From a virus: a DNA stretch of 63,757 bases. The notes under the pieces are model-generated. The model saw nothing but the letters and a program-made list of their open reading frames with translations. It ran no database searches and was not told the origin of the DNA. Positions 49,656 through 59,900 of the stretch are shown one piece after another (the first letter of the stretch is position 1; every line of letters begins with the position of its first letter). Where the stretch lies: IMG/VR virus record IMGVR_UViG_3300019487_000007. One strand, 5' to 3'. A program made the position numbers and the translations under genes.

Positions 49656-50837
49656 ATGGCTGGCAGAGACGTCTTTCTTTCCTCGAAGGCCGTAAAGGAG
49701 GTTCAGCAAGCGCTGACCCTTCCCGGCTTCTTCGGGGTCCCCCGCTACACGACTGCCCTCCTCCCCCCGGCCCCCGGGGAGGGAGCAATGGCCTTCGACA
49801 CCACTACAAGCACTCTCAAGTTCTTTGATGGCTCTTCGTGGGTGGAGGCTGGAGGGGGCGGTGCCCTTGAGCCGGGCACTACTACCGTAACTGGGGCCGC
49901 CAATGCCGTGCTATACGCGGACGCGGGGGGTGTTCTGCGTGCTACGGCCAGTGAATTGGGATACGACGACACCGTCGAGACACTCTTCATTCGAAATATC
50001 GCCGGGCGCGATCAGGCCGTCTCTGGCCAGACAGTTACTATCACTGGCGGTGCTGGCGGAATTGCGCTGGGCGGGTCTGTCTCTCTCATAGGTGGAGCAG
50101 GAGCCTCGACCGGGGGAAACGTCAATCTGACTACAGGCAGTGGTGCTACGACTGGGAACATCCTGCTCGACAGCGGGGCCGGGAGGATACTACTCGTCGA
50201 GGCAGGCTCCGCAACGGCCCCCGCTATTGGATTCTCTGTAAATAATGGCACAGGCTTCTCGCTCGACGACCCGGCCTACATTATCTCTGTCGATGCGGCA
50301 GAGGTGGCGCGCTTTATCGACACCGAGATTGCCTTCCGTCAAGGGATAACTACTCCCATTAACCTATACGGCACCTTCACGGATGCCTCCAACTACGAAC
50401 GACTCACCCTGACACACGACGGTTCTGGTACGGCCTACGTACGTGCGGTGTCGGCTGGAACTGGCACAGATGACCAAAGCCTACAGTTGCAAGCGACTGG
50501 TCCCGCCGGTGGCGTTCGGTTAGAAGCGGATGGCGTCACGCACCTAGAGGTATCACCTGCGGGTATAGTCCTCGACCGCACGATCACGCCGGGGGGAACG
50601 ACTGGCGCTCAGACTATCAACAAGATCGCAGGAACCGTTAACTTCGCCGCAGGCGCGACGACTCTCGTCGTGACAAACTCTCTCGTAACGGCGAACTCCA
50701 TCATCTTCGCCGTCCGCCGCACAGATGATGCTACGTGCCTTATTGCTGGAGTCGAACCGGCAGCAGGTTCGTTTACTATTCGAATGACCGTCGCTTGTAC
50801 TGCTGAGACGTCTGTCGGCTTTCTTGTGACTAACTAG
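49656..50837 (+). CDS. Tail fibre-like protein (393 aa)
   Basis: The N-terminal LPGFFGVPRYTTALLPPAPGEGAMAFDTTTSTLKFFDGSSWVE resembles a widespread fibre N-terminal motif. The body is Gly/Thr/Ala-rich. Confidence 0.55.
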   Translation: MAGRDVFLSSKAVKEVQQALTLPGFFGVPRYTTALLPPAPGEGAMAFDTTTSTLKFFDGSSWVEAGGGGALEPGTTTVTGAANAVLYADAGGVLRATASELGYDDTVETLFIRNIAGRDQAVSGQTVTITGGAGGIALGGSVSLIGGAGASTGGNVNLTTGSGATTGNILLDSGAGRILLVEAGSATAPAIGFSVNNGTGFSLDDPAYIISVDAAEVARFIDTEIAFRQGITTPINLYGTFTDASNYERLTLTHDGSGTAYVRAVSAGTGTDDQSLQLQATGPAGGVRLEADGVTHLEVSPAGIVLDRTITPGGTTGAQTINKIAGTVNFAAGATTLVVTNSLVTANSIIFAVRRTDDATCLIAGVEPAAGSFTIRMTVACTAETSVGFLVTN

Positions 50838-50849
50838 ACGAGGTCAGTA

Positions 50850-51380
50850 ATGCGTCTCTTACGAACGACAACCGTGCTCAGCCTGTTATTGAGTCTTCTT
50901 CTCACGCTCCCAAGTCACGCTCAGTATAGCGGCTCGACTGCTCCTGCCGGGCTCATTCGCAAAACTGCGGACGAATCCATAACGAACGATTCGACACTCG
51001 ATGATGATTCGGTCCTGTTTTTCACCATGTCGGCGAGTACGAAGTATTTCGTGCAGGGAGAAATCTTCTTCGACACTGGAGCCACCGAGGACTTCAAGTA
51101 CAACATCCGAGGACCCATGAGTCCCACCGCAGCAAGATGGCGACACTTTTACATCGTTCCCGGAACCACCGATCCGGTCAACGGTTTCAGCGTTACCGAG
51201 TCTACCACTTCAACCCCAGTGACCGGATCCGGCACGACGGGTGGGTATGTACGCTTCTCCTGCGTTTTCCAAAATGTGACAGCAGGAACGTTCGCGGTCC
51301 GTTTGGCACAAAACACCTCGGGCGGAACCGCGACCACCGTCCTGGCGGGTTCCTACATTCAATTCTTTATCATGCAGTAA
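50850..51380 (+). CDS. protein with N-terminal signal-like peptide (176 aa) inside the structural module
   Basis: MRLLRTTTVLSLLLSLLLTLPSHA|QYSG. Confidence 0.5.
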   Translation: MRLLRTTTVLSLLLSLLLTLPSHAQYSGSTAPAGLIRKTADESITNDSTLDDDSVLFFTMSASTKYFVQGEIFFDTGATEDFKYNIRGPMSPTAARWRHFYIVPGTTDPVNGFSVTESTTSTPVTGSGTTGGYVRFSCVFQNVTAGTFAVRLAQNTSGGTATTVLAGSYIQFFIMQ

Positions 51381-51394
51381 GCAGGAGGTCATCC

Positions 51395-51643
51395 ATGCAA
51401 GTGATCTATAATACCAGTGCTGGAGAAGACGAAGCTGTCGCCTTCTGGGTCAATGCAACGAACGCAAACAAGGAACCGACGGCTTCAGACGTGACCGCAG
51501 AGGATTACATCCAGGAACGATTCCGAAGAGCCCTCGCCACGGAGGTTCAGAAGTACGAAGCTTCGGAGGCGCAGAATGTGGCCGAAAAGTACAGGAATGC
51601 CAGCCCTTCGAACAAGGCCGCGGTGGATGCCATTCTTCGGTAA
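51395..51643 (+). CDS. hypothetical protein (82 aa)
   Basis: ATG behind AGGAGG. Start refined from the track's 51137. Confidence 0.5.
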   Translation: MQVIYNTSAGEDEAVAFWVNATNANKEPTASDVTAEDYIQERFRRALATEVQKYEASEAQNVAEKYRNASPSNKAAVDAILR

Positions 51644-51679
51644 AATCGTTGTGGGCGACGCCCTCGTAGAGGAGATGTA

Positions 51680-52885
51680 GTGGCGAGACTTCAGGGTCAA
51701 GAACTCGGAATCAAAAGCCCCCTCATCCTGCGGGCAGGTATTACCTTCCCTGGATGGGCGGGAATGAATCGTGAGAACGATCCTGGGGCGATCGCCGACA
51801 ATCAGTTTTTCTACGCACAGAACGTGCGGATCTACGGGAATGAGATTGTTTCGAGAGGGGGCCAAGAAAAGATCCACGACGCCGCTATGGACGGATGCGT
51901 TTTGGGATTCTTCTCCTTGCCTGACTCGACAACGAACCTTTGGTTGAATGGATCTCTGTACATTTACAATCCGGAGCTGGATCCTACCACTCAGTTGACT
52001 GGAGTCATCCCCCTTCAAACGGTCTCTGTAGCGTCAGATACAGTCCCTAGATTCGGCATGGCGAAGTTCGATGGAATGCTCCTCTCCTTTGACGCTGGGG
52101 TTCTCTACCAGGTGGTCATCCCGGAGAGGTCCTCGGCTACCTTCCTTTCACAGCTTAAGGCAGAGAAGATTGTAGAAGTGACGGAGTTCTCCTCCTATGC
52201 GGTGAGGGAGGAAATCAGGGCGGATGGCGACCCGGGGCCTGTTCTCTACATCGGCTCCGTTACGACCGGAGACGTCTACAGGTGGGATGCCTCTTCCCTC
52301 TCCGTTGAACCCACCGGGCTCCCCACCACGAGGCAGATCCTAGTGACCTTCCTTGACGACATCTGGGCAATCGCGGGAGACGAGATTTCGAAGAGAAATG
52401 GTGGAGTCTGGGGCTCTCCCATCTCCCTCCCGGATGCGTCCTTCGTCCCCACTGGGGCAGCCGCTCTCGGTAATGAGCTCGTGATCGTCGGCTTCAACGT
52501 CGATGGCGGAGAGATCTACATCTTTAACGGGTCTAGTGTGACAGCAACCCACGAACCGACGACAGGAATAGGGGGATCCAACCTAGTGTCGTCCGTAACC
52601 GTGTGGAATGGTTCTGCCCACTATCTTTGGTCCCAAGACGTTCCCGGTGGTACGTGTGAGGTAGGCTTTTATGATGGATCTACCTTTACGGATACGGCTT
52701 TTTCGTTTGACGTAGGGGAGGGCGGGGCTATTGGAGACCTAGAGGAGGTTGGTCCAAAGCTTTACGTGAGCTTTACCTCCAGTGGGATGGCCCCTCCCGG
52801 TGGGGTCGGGGTTATCAACGTCGACAGCACGCAGGACACCATTGTCACCAACAATGTCCATTTCCCCGAAGTGGTGGCCTTCTAA
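51680..52885 (+). CDS. tail/virion structural protein (401 aa)
   Basis: GTG ORF with beta-rich repeats. Position. Confidence 0.5.
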   Translation: MARLQGQELGIKSPLILRAGITFPGWAGMNRENDPGAIADNQFFYAQNVRIYGNEIVSRGGQEKIHDAAMDGCVLGFFSLPDSTTNLWLNGSLYIYNPELDPTTQLTGVIPLQTVSVASDTVPRFGMAKFDGMLLSFDAGVLYQVVIPERSSATFLSQLKAEKIVEVTEFSSYAVREEIRADGDPGPVLYIGSVTTGDVYRWDASSLSVEPTGLPTTRQILVTFLDDIWAIAGDEISKRNGGVWGSPISLPDASFVPTGAAALGNELVIVGFNVDGGEIYIFNGSSVTATHEPTTGIGGSNLVSSVTVWNGSAHYLWSQDVPGGTCEVGFYDGSTFTDTAFSFDVGEGGAIGDLEEVGPKLYVSFTSSGMAPPGGVGVINVDSTQDTIVTNNVHFPEVVAF

Positions 52886-54597
52886 TGGCAGTCATGGCTT
52901 TGACGAGGGGCGCGGCGGCCAACCATCTCTACTATAAGGCCAGCTCAACGGTAGACTTCGTCGACCAGGGTATTCCTGATCAGACTCAGAATGTCAACAC
53001 CCGGCCGTCTGTGGTAGAGTATCAGGGGAGGGTCTACGTATTCGGGATGTTCACTACCCCTCTGGTCATCACGGAGGCGCGGTCGAATCATGTGGCGGGG
53101 GTCCCGGCGCCGGAGAGGGGGCCAACTCTTTCCCTCGGTACTTCCTCGGGCGGATCGTCTGGGCTCGCGATTGGATACCTCACCTATGTCCACAAGGAGG
53201 GTGGGAAGGTCGTTCAGGAGGGCAACCCTTCTACCCCCTCGGCGACCCTCGAACTCAACGGAGAGGGCCGTGTTTGGTCCAATCTTCCCGACTCGCCCGT
53301 GAATCCCCGAGTGACACACCTCAGGGGGTATCTCTCAATGGATGGTGGAATCCCCGCCTTCGCCTGGGAGCGCACTCTGGGTGTGACGACCGTGACGGAG
53401 AACCTCCCGACGCTCTCTCTCGGCACGCGCCTCCCTGTTTTCGAGGGCCTCGATGGAGAGTTCGACGCGGACATCTACGCGAGAGGCGTCCCGCCAAATG
53501 GGCGCTTCAACGAAATCTATCATGACGCCCATTGGGTGTCGGGTGATTACAACTTCCCGGGGCGAGTTTACTTCTCTCGCCTCTTTGAGCCGGAGAGCTT
53601 CAACCGGGTTGTGAAAGAGCGTGGGTGGATTGACACCCTCGACGGAGAAGCCGTTACGGGCCTAAAGCGGTGGGGAGATATTCTCGTTGTAGGCTACCTG
53701 GGTGGTGCCTACGCGATCCAAGGATTCTCCTCTCGGGATTACCAGATTGTGAAGATCTCCAACTACTACGGGGTGCTCTCGCATCACGCTCTCCAACTAG
53801 CGGGCCCTAATTCAGATCTCTTCGGCGCCGGACAGGAAGGGCCTTGGCGCTACGACGGGGCCTTCCACGATCTCATGAACGACTCCCTACATCGCTTCTG
53901 GCGAGACGACTATCGAGCGAGTCAAGGGATCTATGAGGCGTGCTTTGCTGCTGAGGACCGTTACACGAAGACTTACCAGTTGGTAATTCCCCGGGCCGCC
54001 TCTCCTCGCACCTTCAAGTATATTGGTCATATAGAGCCCCTGAGGAAGGGGGAAGCCGAGCCGTGGTGGACGATCGACATTCGCGCCCGGGAGGATTCCT
54101 CCATCGGGAGCATCGTGATCTCCGACTCGAACCACTATCGAGAACTCCTCTCTGGTTCTTGTGATGGGTTCATTCGGAGGGAGAATGTGGAGGATGACGC
54201 CGACGACGATGGCGACGCGTTCATGAAAGCTATGCGAGTCACCACGAAGCATTTCTTCTTTGGTGATCAGAGCGGTGATGAAGCGCATGGGCGGAACTAC
54301 AACTCCCTCGATGTGTTTCTCAAGAACGAGAACAACGCCGTGACGGTGGGCCTCTATGGGGGCGACGATTCCGCCAACGAGGCGGCCACCCCACAGAAGA
54401 CACTTACGATCCCGGTAGGTACCATCACGGCGCCCTTTGCGAAGGTGCCTAGAACCTCCATCTACTTTGCCCCCCTGGCGGAGGTGAACGGTAAGGGCCT
54501 AACGTTGGACTTCAACGTGAGCGCGCCTGTAGGGGTTGCTCTCCGCGGTTTCGGAATCTATCACTCTCTTGGCCATCAAGAGAGACTCAGGAGTTAA
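52885..54597 (+). CDS. tail/virion structural protein (570 aa)
   Basis: ORF with 1-nt overlaps at both ends. Confidence 0.5.
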   Translation: MAVMALTRGAAANHLYYKASSTVDFVDQGIPDQTQNVNTRPSVVEYQGRVYVFGMFTTPLVITEARSNHVAGVPAPERGPTLSLGTSSGGSSGLAIGYLTYVHKEGGKVVQEGNPSTPSATLELNGEGRVWSNLPDSPVNPRVTHLRGYLSMDGGIPAFAWERTLGVTTVTENLPTLSLGTRLPVFEGLDGEFDADIYARGVPPNGRFNEIYHDAHWVSGDYNFPGRVYFSRLFEPESFNRVVKERGWIDTLDGEAVTGLKRWGDILVVGYLGGAYAIQGFSSRDYQIVKISNYYGVLSHHALQLAGPNSDLFGAGQEGPWRYDGAFHDLMNDSLHRFWRDDYRASQGIYEACFAAEDRYTKTYQLVIPRAASPRTFKYIGHIEPLRKGEAEPWWTIDIRAREDSSIGSIVISDSNHYRELLSGSCDGFIRRENVEDDADDDGDAFMKAMRVTTKHFFFGDQSGDEAHGRNYNSLDVFLKNENNAVTVGLYGGDDSANEAATPQKTLTIPVGTITAPFAKVPRTSIYFAPLAEVNGKGLTLDFNVSAPVGVALRGFGIYHSLGHQERLRS

Positions 54598-55475
54598 TGA
54601 TGGGTTATTATGATGATCTACCCGGTGGTGGACGGGCTCAACCAGTTCCTACCTATAGGGTTGCAAACGATCCCAATCGGTTGACGGTTCCTGGGAGGAC
54701 CGGCCCGGCTCCTCCCACGGGAGTTCCTGGGGGCGCTCCTACAGTAGCTTTTGGTGGAGCTGTTGGGGGAGGTGGGGGCGCCCCTGATCCTGCCATCCTT
54801 CGGGCGGTGGGAAATATCTTGGGTGGGGGTGCTCAGAGTGGAACTCAGGGAACGCTTCCTGGAGCGCCCCCACTGACCAGCGTCGCGCAGAAAGACCCTA
54901 GGGTAGAGGAGACGGCAAAGAAGCTCTCGAAGAGGACTCAGACGTTGGAGACTCAGGAAGGACAGATGGATCCCTTCCTTATGGAGTCCATCACGAACCT
55001 CCGACAGCGGATGAGTGCTGATCCAACTCGGAGAGCAATTGAACGCCAGGGAACGGCTGTTGGGGACTGGGCTGCGGGAATGGGAGAGAGGTCTAGAGAG
55101 GCGGCGGCGCGATCTGGAAGGGGCGCCGGTTTTGGTGGGAGCGCCATTGAGAGCGCGGCCCAACGTCTCCAGGCCAAGGGCGCGGCGGATATTTCACTTG
55201 GGCGAGAGAGGGACTTGGACCAGCTCGCTATTGCGGGTCAAGGGATTCTTTCTGCGCCGTCCCAACTCGGCCTCGCTCGGACGGGCCTGACTCAGGGCGC
55301 CTACGGAATGGAGAGTGGTTTCGCTCCCATCGGGGCGCAGCTCGGTCTCGAGCAGCAAGGCCTCGGCCTTCAGCAGTGGCAGGCGGCCCAGGACGCAGCC
55401 TATAAGCAGGGCCTCCTCAGACAGGGTGGGGTTGATTCCCTGATTAAACTTCTAGCCGCCTCTGGCTACGCCTAA
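54597..55475 (+). CDS. Gly/Pro/Gln-rich virion protein (292 aa; internal/ejection candidate)
   Basis: Composition and position ahead of the giant protein. Confidence 0.45.
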   Translation: MMGYYDDLPGGGRAQPVPTYRVANDPNRLTVPGRTGPAPPTGVPGGAPTVAFGGAVGGGGGAPDPAILRAVGNILGGGAQSGTQGTLPGAPPLTSVAQKDPRVEETAKKLSKRTQTLETQEGQMDPFLMESITNLRQRMSADPTRRAIERQGTAVGDWAAGMGERSREAAARSGRGAGFGGSAIESAAQRLQAKGAADISLGRERDLDQLAIAGQGILSAPSQLGLARTGLTQGAYGMESGFAPIGAQLGLEQQGLGLQQWQAAQDAAYKQGLLRQGGVDSLIKLLAASGYA

Positions 55476-55489
55476 GAAAGGACCTAAAG

Positions 55490-55834
55490 ATGCCGCCTGA
55501 CATTTCTTACACCCAAACGCCGGATCAGTACCGGCTGGAGACTGCGGGGGGCCCGGGTGGACCGGCCGGGCAGGACTGGGCCTCCCTCTTTGACGCTCTG
55601 GCCCGGAAAAAGGCCGCGGCGCAGCCTGTCGTGAATCCGTCTGTGCAAGCGTTTAAGCCTGCATACTATCAGGCTCCAACACCGGCAAGGCCCCTCGATG
55701 AGGGCTACCGTGGGGCAGAGGGAATGGAAGTTCCCATACTTCCCCCTCCGGGCGCGCACGGCACCTTTCAGAACTACGGTACGGCGCGCGTTACTCCTGG
55801 AAGCCTCGCCGCACGTAGAGGCTACGTAATCTAA
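55490..55834 (+). CDS. hypothetical protein (114 aa)
   Basis: ORF. Confidence 0.5.
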   Translation: MPPDISYTQTPDQYRLETAGGPGGPAGQDWASLFDALARKKAAAQPVVNPSVQAFKPAYYQAPTPARPLDEGYRGAEGMEVPILPPPGAHGTFQNYGTARVTPGSLAARRGYVI

Positions 55835-56136
55835 TGGCTACTTGGGGTGAGCAGTATCTTGTTATGGATCCCAAAAGTCCTGGTGTTGGAATCATTCAAA
55901 GTCGCAATCCTGCGCGGTTAGCGTCTCCTCTAGATCTACAAACCTCTGAGGCCCGCGAAGCCGATCTGGAACGCATGAAGGCAGAGGGTAGGCTCTTAGC
56001 AGGCATGAAGGAGGAGGATGAGGATTCTCTGGATGAGTTTTCAAGATGGAAGCTTGCAAGAAAGCGCGCTCGGCTTGAAGCTCAACGCCAAGCATTGGAG
56101 ACAAGCACTTCTCCGTCTACCGTCAACCAAATCTAA
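55834..56136 (+). CDS. hypothetical protein (100 aa)
   Basis: ORF with a 1-nt overlap. Confidence 0.5.
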   Translation: MATWGEQYLVMDPKSPGVGIIQSRNPARLASPLDLQTSEAREADLERMKAEGRLLAGMKEEDEDSLDEFSRWKLARKRARLEAQRQALETSTSPSTVNQI

Positions 56137-56148
56137 GGAGATACTCTA

Positions 56149-56949
56149 ATGCCTCATAGTCCACTTCCACTTACTCCAGCATGGCTCACAGAGCAGCTTC
56201 TCCGGGGTGGTCGTGCTATTGCTCCCACTCTACCGGGGGCGGCGGCCTTTTCTAGCGTTCCTCCCCCTCTGCCTCCTCTGCCTGGGCCGCAATCCACCCT
56301 AGAGAGCTTCACGGCCGCGAAAGAAGCCACCCCCAGCGCGGAGCCGACTCTACCCGAGCTGCCCTCTTCGGTTGGCGGTCCCGGAGCGTCGATCACGCGT
56401 GGTCGTGAGGCAGGAACCAGACCTTTTGAGATCACTGAGGCTTTCCGTGAGGGGGCCTTCGATCCCACCTCCATTCCTGAGTGGGGTGGAGTTGACGGTC
56501 TGATGACGCGGGGTCAGATGGAGACCGATCTAGGCGCTCGGGGGCTGCTCTCAGCACGCCATCAGGCGGCGCTGGATGAGATTTCCCGAGCAGAACAGGA
56601 GAGAGAGCTTTCCCAAATGGCGCCGTTAGAGGCGGCCGCCCAGCGTTCTCGACTGCAAGCCCTCGCCAAGGACCCCTTCGCGGAGGAGAGGGCCAAGGGT
56701 GAGGCGGCCGCCCAGGTTGCGCGCGCGCCCGGCGCACAAGAGAGGGAGTTCCGTCTTGAGGATGTCGCGAAGCTGAAAGAAATCGAGGCGGAGGTTCGAA
56801 GGGTAGCAGGAGCGAATCCAGAGTTTCAGAAATTCCCGCCCATCGAGCGGGAGCAGCGAATCCAGGCAGCCATTGCCCAGGAGTATGATCTTTATCTGAA
56901 GGGAGTGAGAGGACAGCTTTCCTACCGGGAGAGTGGCCTCGGCCTGTAA
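56149..56949 (+). CDS. hypothetical virion protein (266 aa)
   Basis: ORF with a Pro-rich N-terminus and a helical C-terminus. Confidence 0.5.
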   Translation: MPHSPLPLTPAWLTEQLLRGGRAIAPTLPGAAAFSSVPPPLPPLPGPQSTLESFTAAKEATPSAEPTLPELPSSVGGPGASITRGREAGTRPFEITEAFREGAFDPTSIPEWGGVDGLMTRGQMETDLGARGLLSARHQAALDEISRAEQERELSQMAPLEAAAQRSRLQALAKDPFAEERAKGEAAAQVARAPGAQEREFRLEDVAKLKEIEAEVRRVAGANPEFQKFPPIEREQRIQAAIAQEYDLYLKGVRGQLSYRESGLGL

Positions 56950-59900
56950 TGCCGCTTAATCCTTCAACGCTGGCACTTCTAGGGGGACCCTCCCAAGAGG
57001 AGAGCCCCGGCTTCCTGGAGAGCGTTCATCGTGTAGTGGGCGCTCCTGGGAGGTTAATAGACCGTCTCCTCCTAGCCCCCTCTAGGGCGGCCGGCTTCAA
57101 CATTCCTGAAGAGGCCACTACGGGACAGGTCATTGCCTCCGGCCTTGGGCTGGCCCAAGGAGACGAGGGCTACGCAGGAAGGATTGGAAGGCGGGCCGTG
57201 GAGTTTGGGGTGGACGTCGCGCGAGACCCCCTTACCTACGGAATGGGCGCCCTGGGTGGGGTCGTCAGGGGAGGCCGGGTTGCCTCTTCCATCCTCCGCC
57301 AAGGAGGGGAGATTGCCCCAGAACTGCTCTCTCCTCTTGAGAAGGCAGCCAGAGCGGGTCGGTTCGCTCAACCGATTCAGCGGGGAGCATCCGCCGGCTT
57401 TGCCGCCCTGATGGGGACGGGCGCGGTTGAGGAGGGGGGAAGGGCGCTTGAGACGCTCCGAGAGGAGGGGCTTTCTCCCCAAGCAGCGGAAGAACTTTTC
57501 GGAACAGCGGTCTCCGGTCTGGGTGCGGCGGCCGGTGCGCTCCATGCGCGGGCGCCCAAGCCTAGAGAGTATGCCGTTCTGCGGGAGCGCCTGCCGAATC
57601 TCCCTGATCAGCAGGTCCAGGATCTACTCTCTGTCTACGAGAAGGCCGAAAGACCGGACTTGGTGAAGGTCACCCGAGACGAGATTGCGAGGAGGGACGT
57701 TCAGAAGGGGATCACCCCCGAGCAGGCCCCCGAGGAGGCCGCCCTTCGAAGGGGTCTGATGGGCACCTCTACAAAGCGTCCCCGCTCCCTCGAAGACTTG
57801 AACCTGATCGTTGAAGCCGTGAAGAAGGGACAGCTTTCGTCGGAGGAGGCGACCCGTGTTTGGGCCTCCTCTTCTCGTCTTCCTGACGTCCTTGGGAAGA
57901 GGTCGAGGCCGAGGCCCCAGGCCCCACCTGCGACGCCTCCTGATCAACTTGAGGCCGCCCTTCGGGCGTCCCTGAAGACGCCTCAAGAAGTGGACGCCAC
58001 CCTCCGTGCGGTCAAGACCCCCCAGGAGTGGACTACCGTTATTGATGACCTTGATGCGGCCTTGAAAGCCGTCGAGAAGGAGCCCGTTGATGTCTCTCTT
58101 GGTGGAACAACTCCCAGACTACTTGAAGAGGTCGGAGCTCCTGAGCCGCCTCCGAGCGGCCCTACTCCCACTCCCGGGAGAATCCCAGGAGGAGTGGCTC
58201 CTCCGGAAGGAGAGGCTCCTAGCGCTCCCGGAGTTCCAAGGGATACTACTGTTTCTCTTCCGGGAGAGGTCGTAGAGGCCAGGCCTCCGCGAAAGGGAAC
58301 CTTCGCGATGGGAGAGATGGAAGATCCCCTGGGAGACGTCACTCTCAAGGACATCGTCTTCGACTCTCCCAACGACAAGGCGCTCTTTATCGCGAAGGGT
58401 AATTTCCCGGAGGCCCTTCGAAAGAGGGCCTACGACACTCTAAAGGAGAGGGGCTACGACGACGCTAGGATCAGGAGTGAGGAGCCGATCTTCACGCGAG
58501 GGCGCGAGGCTGCGGTAGCTCCCAGAGAGACTGCTCAACAGCTTGCCATCACTCGAAAAGAGGCTACAGGAAAGGGAGCCAATCCCGATAAGTTGTTGGA
58601 GGTCAGCAGGACGTCCTACGCAGAGCGTGTGTGGGATATCTTTGAGCGCTTCGTGAATGAGGGTGTTGAGGGCATTCAACGGATGCTGCCGGGGGGGCCC
58701 CGGTTCAGTAAGGAATTTGGCCGATCTTACCTGACAGAGGTGACTGGGCCCACCACGGAGACTGGATCCCTCGCCGTGAACTATCCCGGTGTACGTAGCA
58801 GCATCCGAGTGAATCTGCCCTGGGTTTTGGAAGCCACTAAGGATCGCATCAAGACGGAGGGGGTTGATCCTGCCTCTCCAGAAGCGGCCTACATCTTCCT
58901 TTCCGAGCTCAGAAAGCTCGCTCGCCACGAGATCGCACATTCCCTTCGAGGCACTCAACATATAGGAGATGTCATCTTCAATCCCGTAACCGGGCAGTGG
59001 GAGAGGTCGTTGACCGAGAGTGGAGTGTACGGGGCTAAGGGAAAGTTGCCTGGCGGGCCAGTTGCGAAGGATCCCACCCACAATCTGGTGGAGGCCGAAA
59101 TCAACCGAACGCTCTCCCAGATGGAGACGCCCCTCTCTGATTCCCTTCTGGCTGAGGGTAACGTTCAGAATGTGCAGAACCTCTGGCGAGGTGCCCTCCG
59201 AGCTTCCTCCGAGATCGAATCGACTCTAAGCAACGAGGCGCGCGAGTCCCTCAATAAATACAGGAGGGACCAACCAGGGCGACTAGCTTCTCTGGAGCAG
59301 GAGGCTTTGGCGACAAGTAAGTCAATGCGACTCCGCCAGGCTATGGAGGCTAGGGTCGAGGAACAGATTCAAAGACTTCGAGAAGAGAATCCTGACATCC
59401 AACTGAATCAACTAGGCGAGGCCCTTAATCGTTTTGCGAAGACGATCAAAGACCCTGAAACGAGAATGGCATTCAAGCGTGCGATTGATGCCCGAGTGGA
59501 GACAGCTCGTGACTACGCTCTGACAGAGGCGGGCATTCCCCCTGCGGCTCCCCGCGAACCCCTAAAGGCCACGGCTCCGAGAATGGCAGCCGCCGCCCCG
59601 CCCTCTCCCGTTCAGATGGATCTCCTTGAGAAGCGCCTCAAGACGATGAAGGGGCTTTCGAAGCAGAAAAAGGTGGAGATCAAGAACGCCGCGAGGCAGG
59701 GCGATCAGGCCCTCTTTGCGGCGATCCAAAAGGCCGAGAGTGCGACGGGCATGGACAAAGCCCTTGAGGTGTGGAAGGGTGGTCTTCTTTCCGCCCCTGG
59801 GACGTGGTTCGTTCAGACGGCCGACATCCTCGAAAGTGGGGCGCGTCTAGGAGAGACCGCCCTCTCGGGCATGCTAGACAAGTTTTTTGCTGGCCCTCGA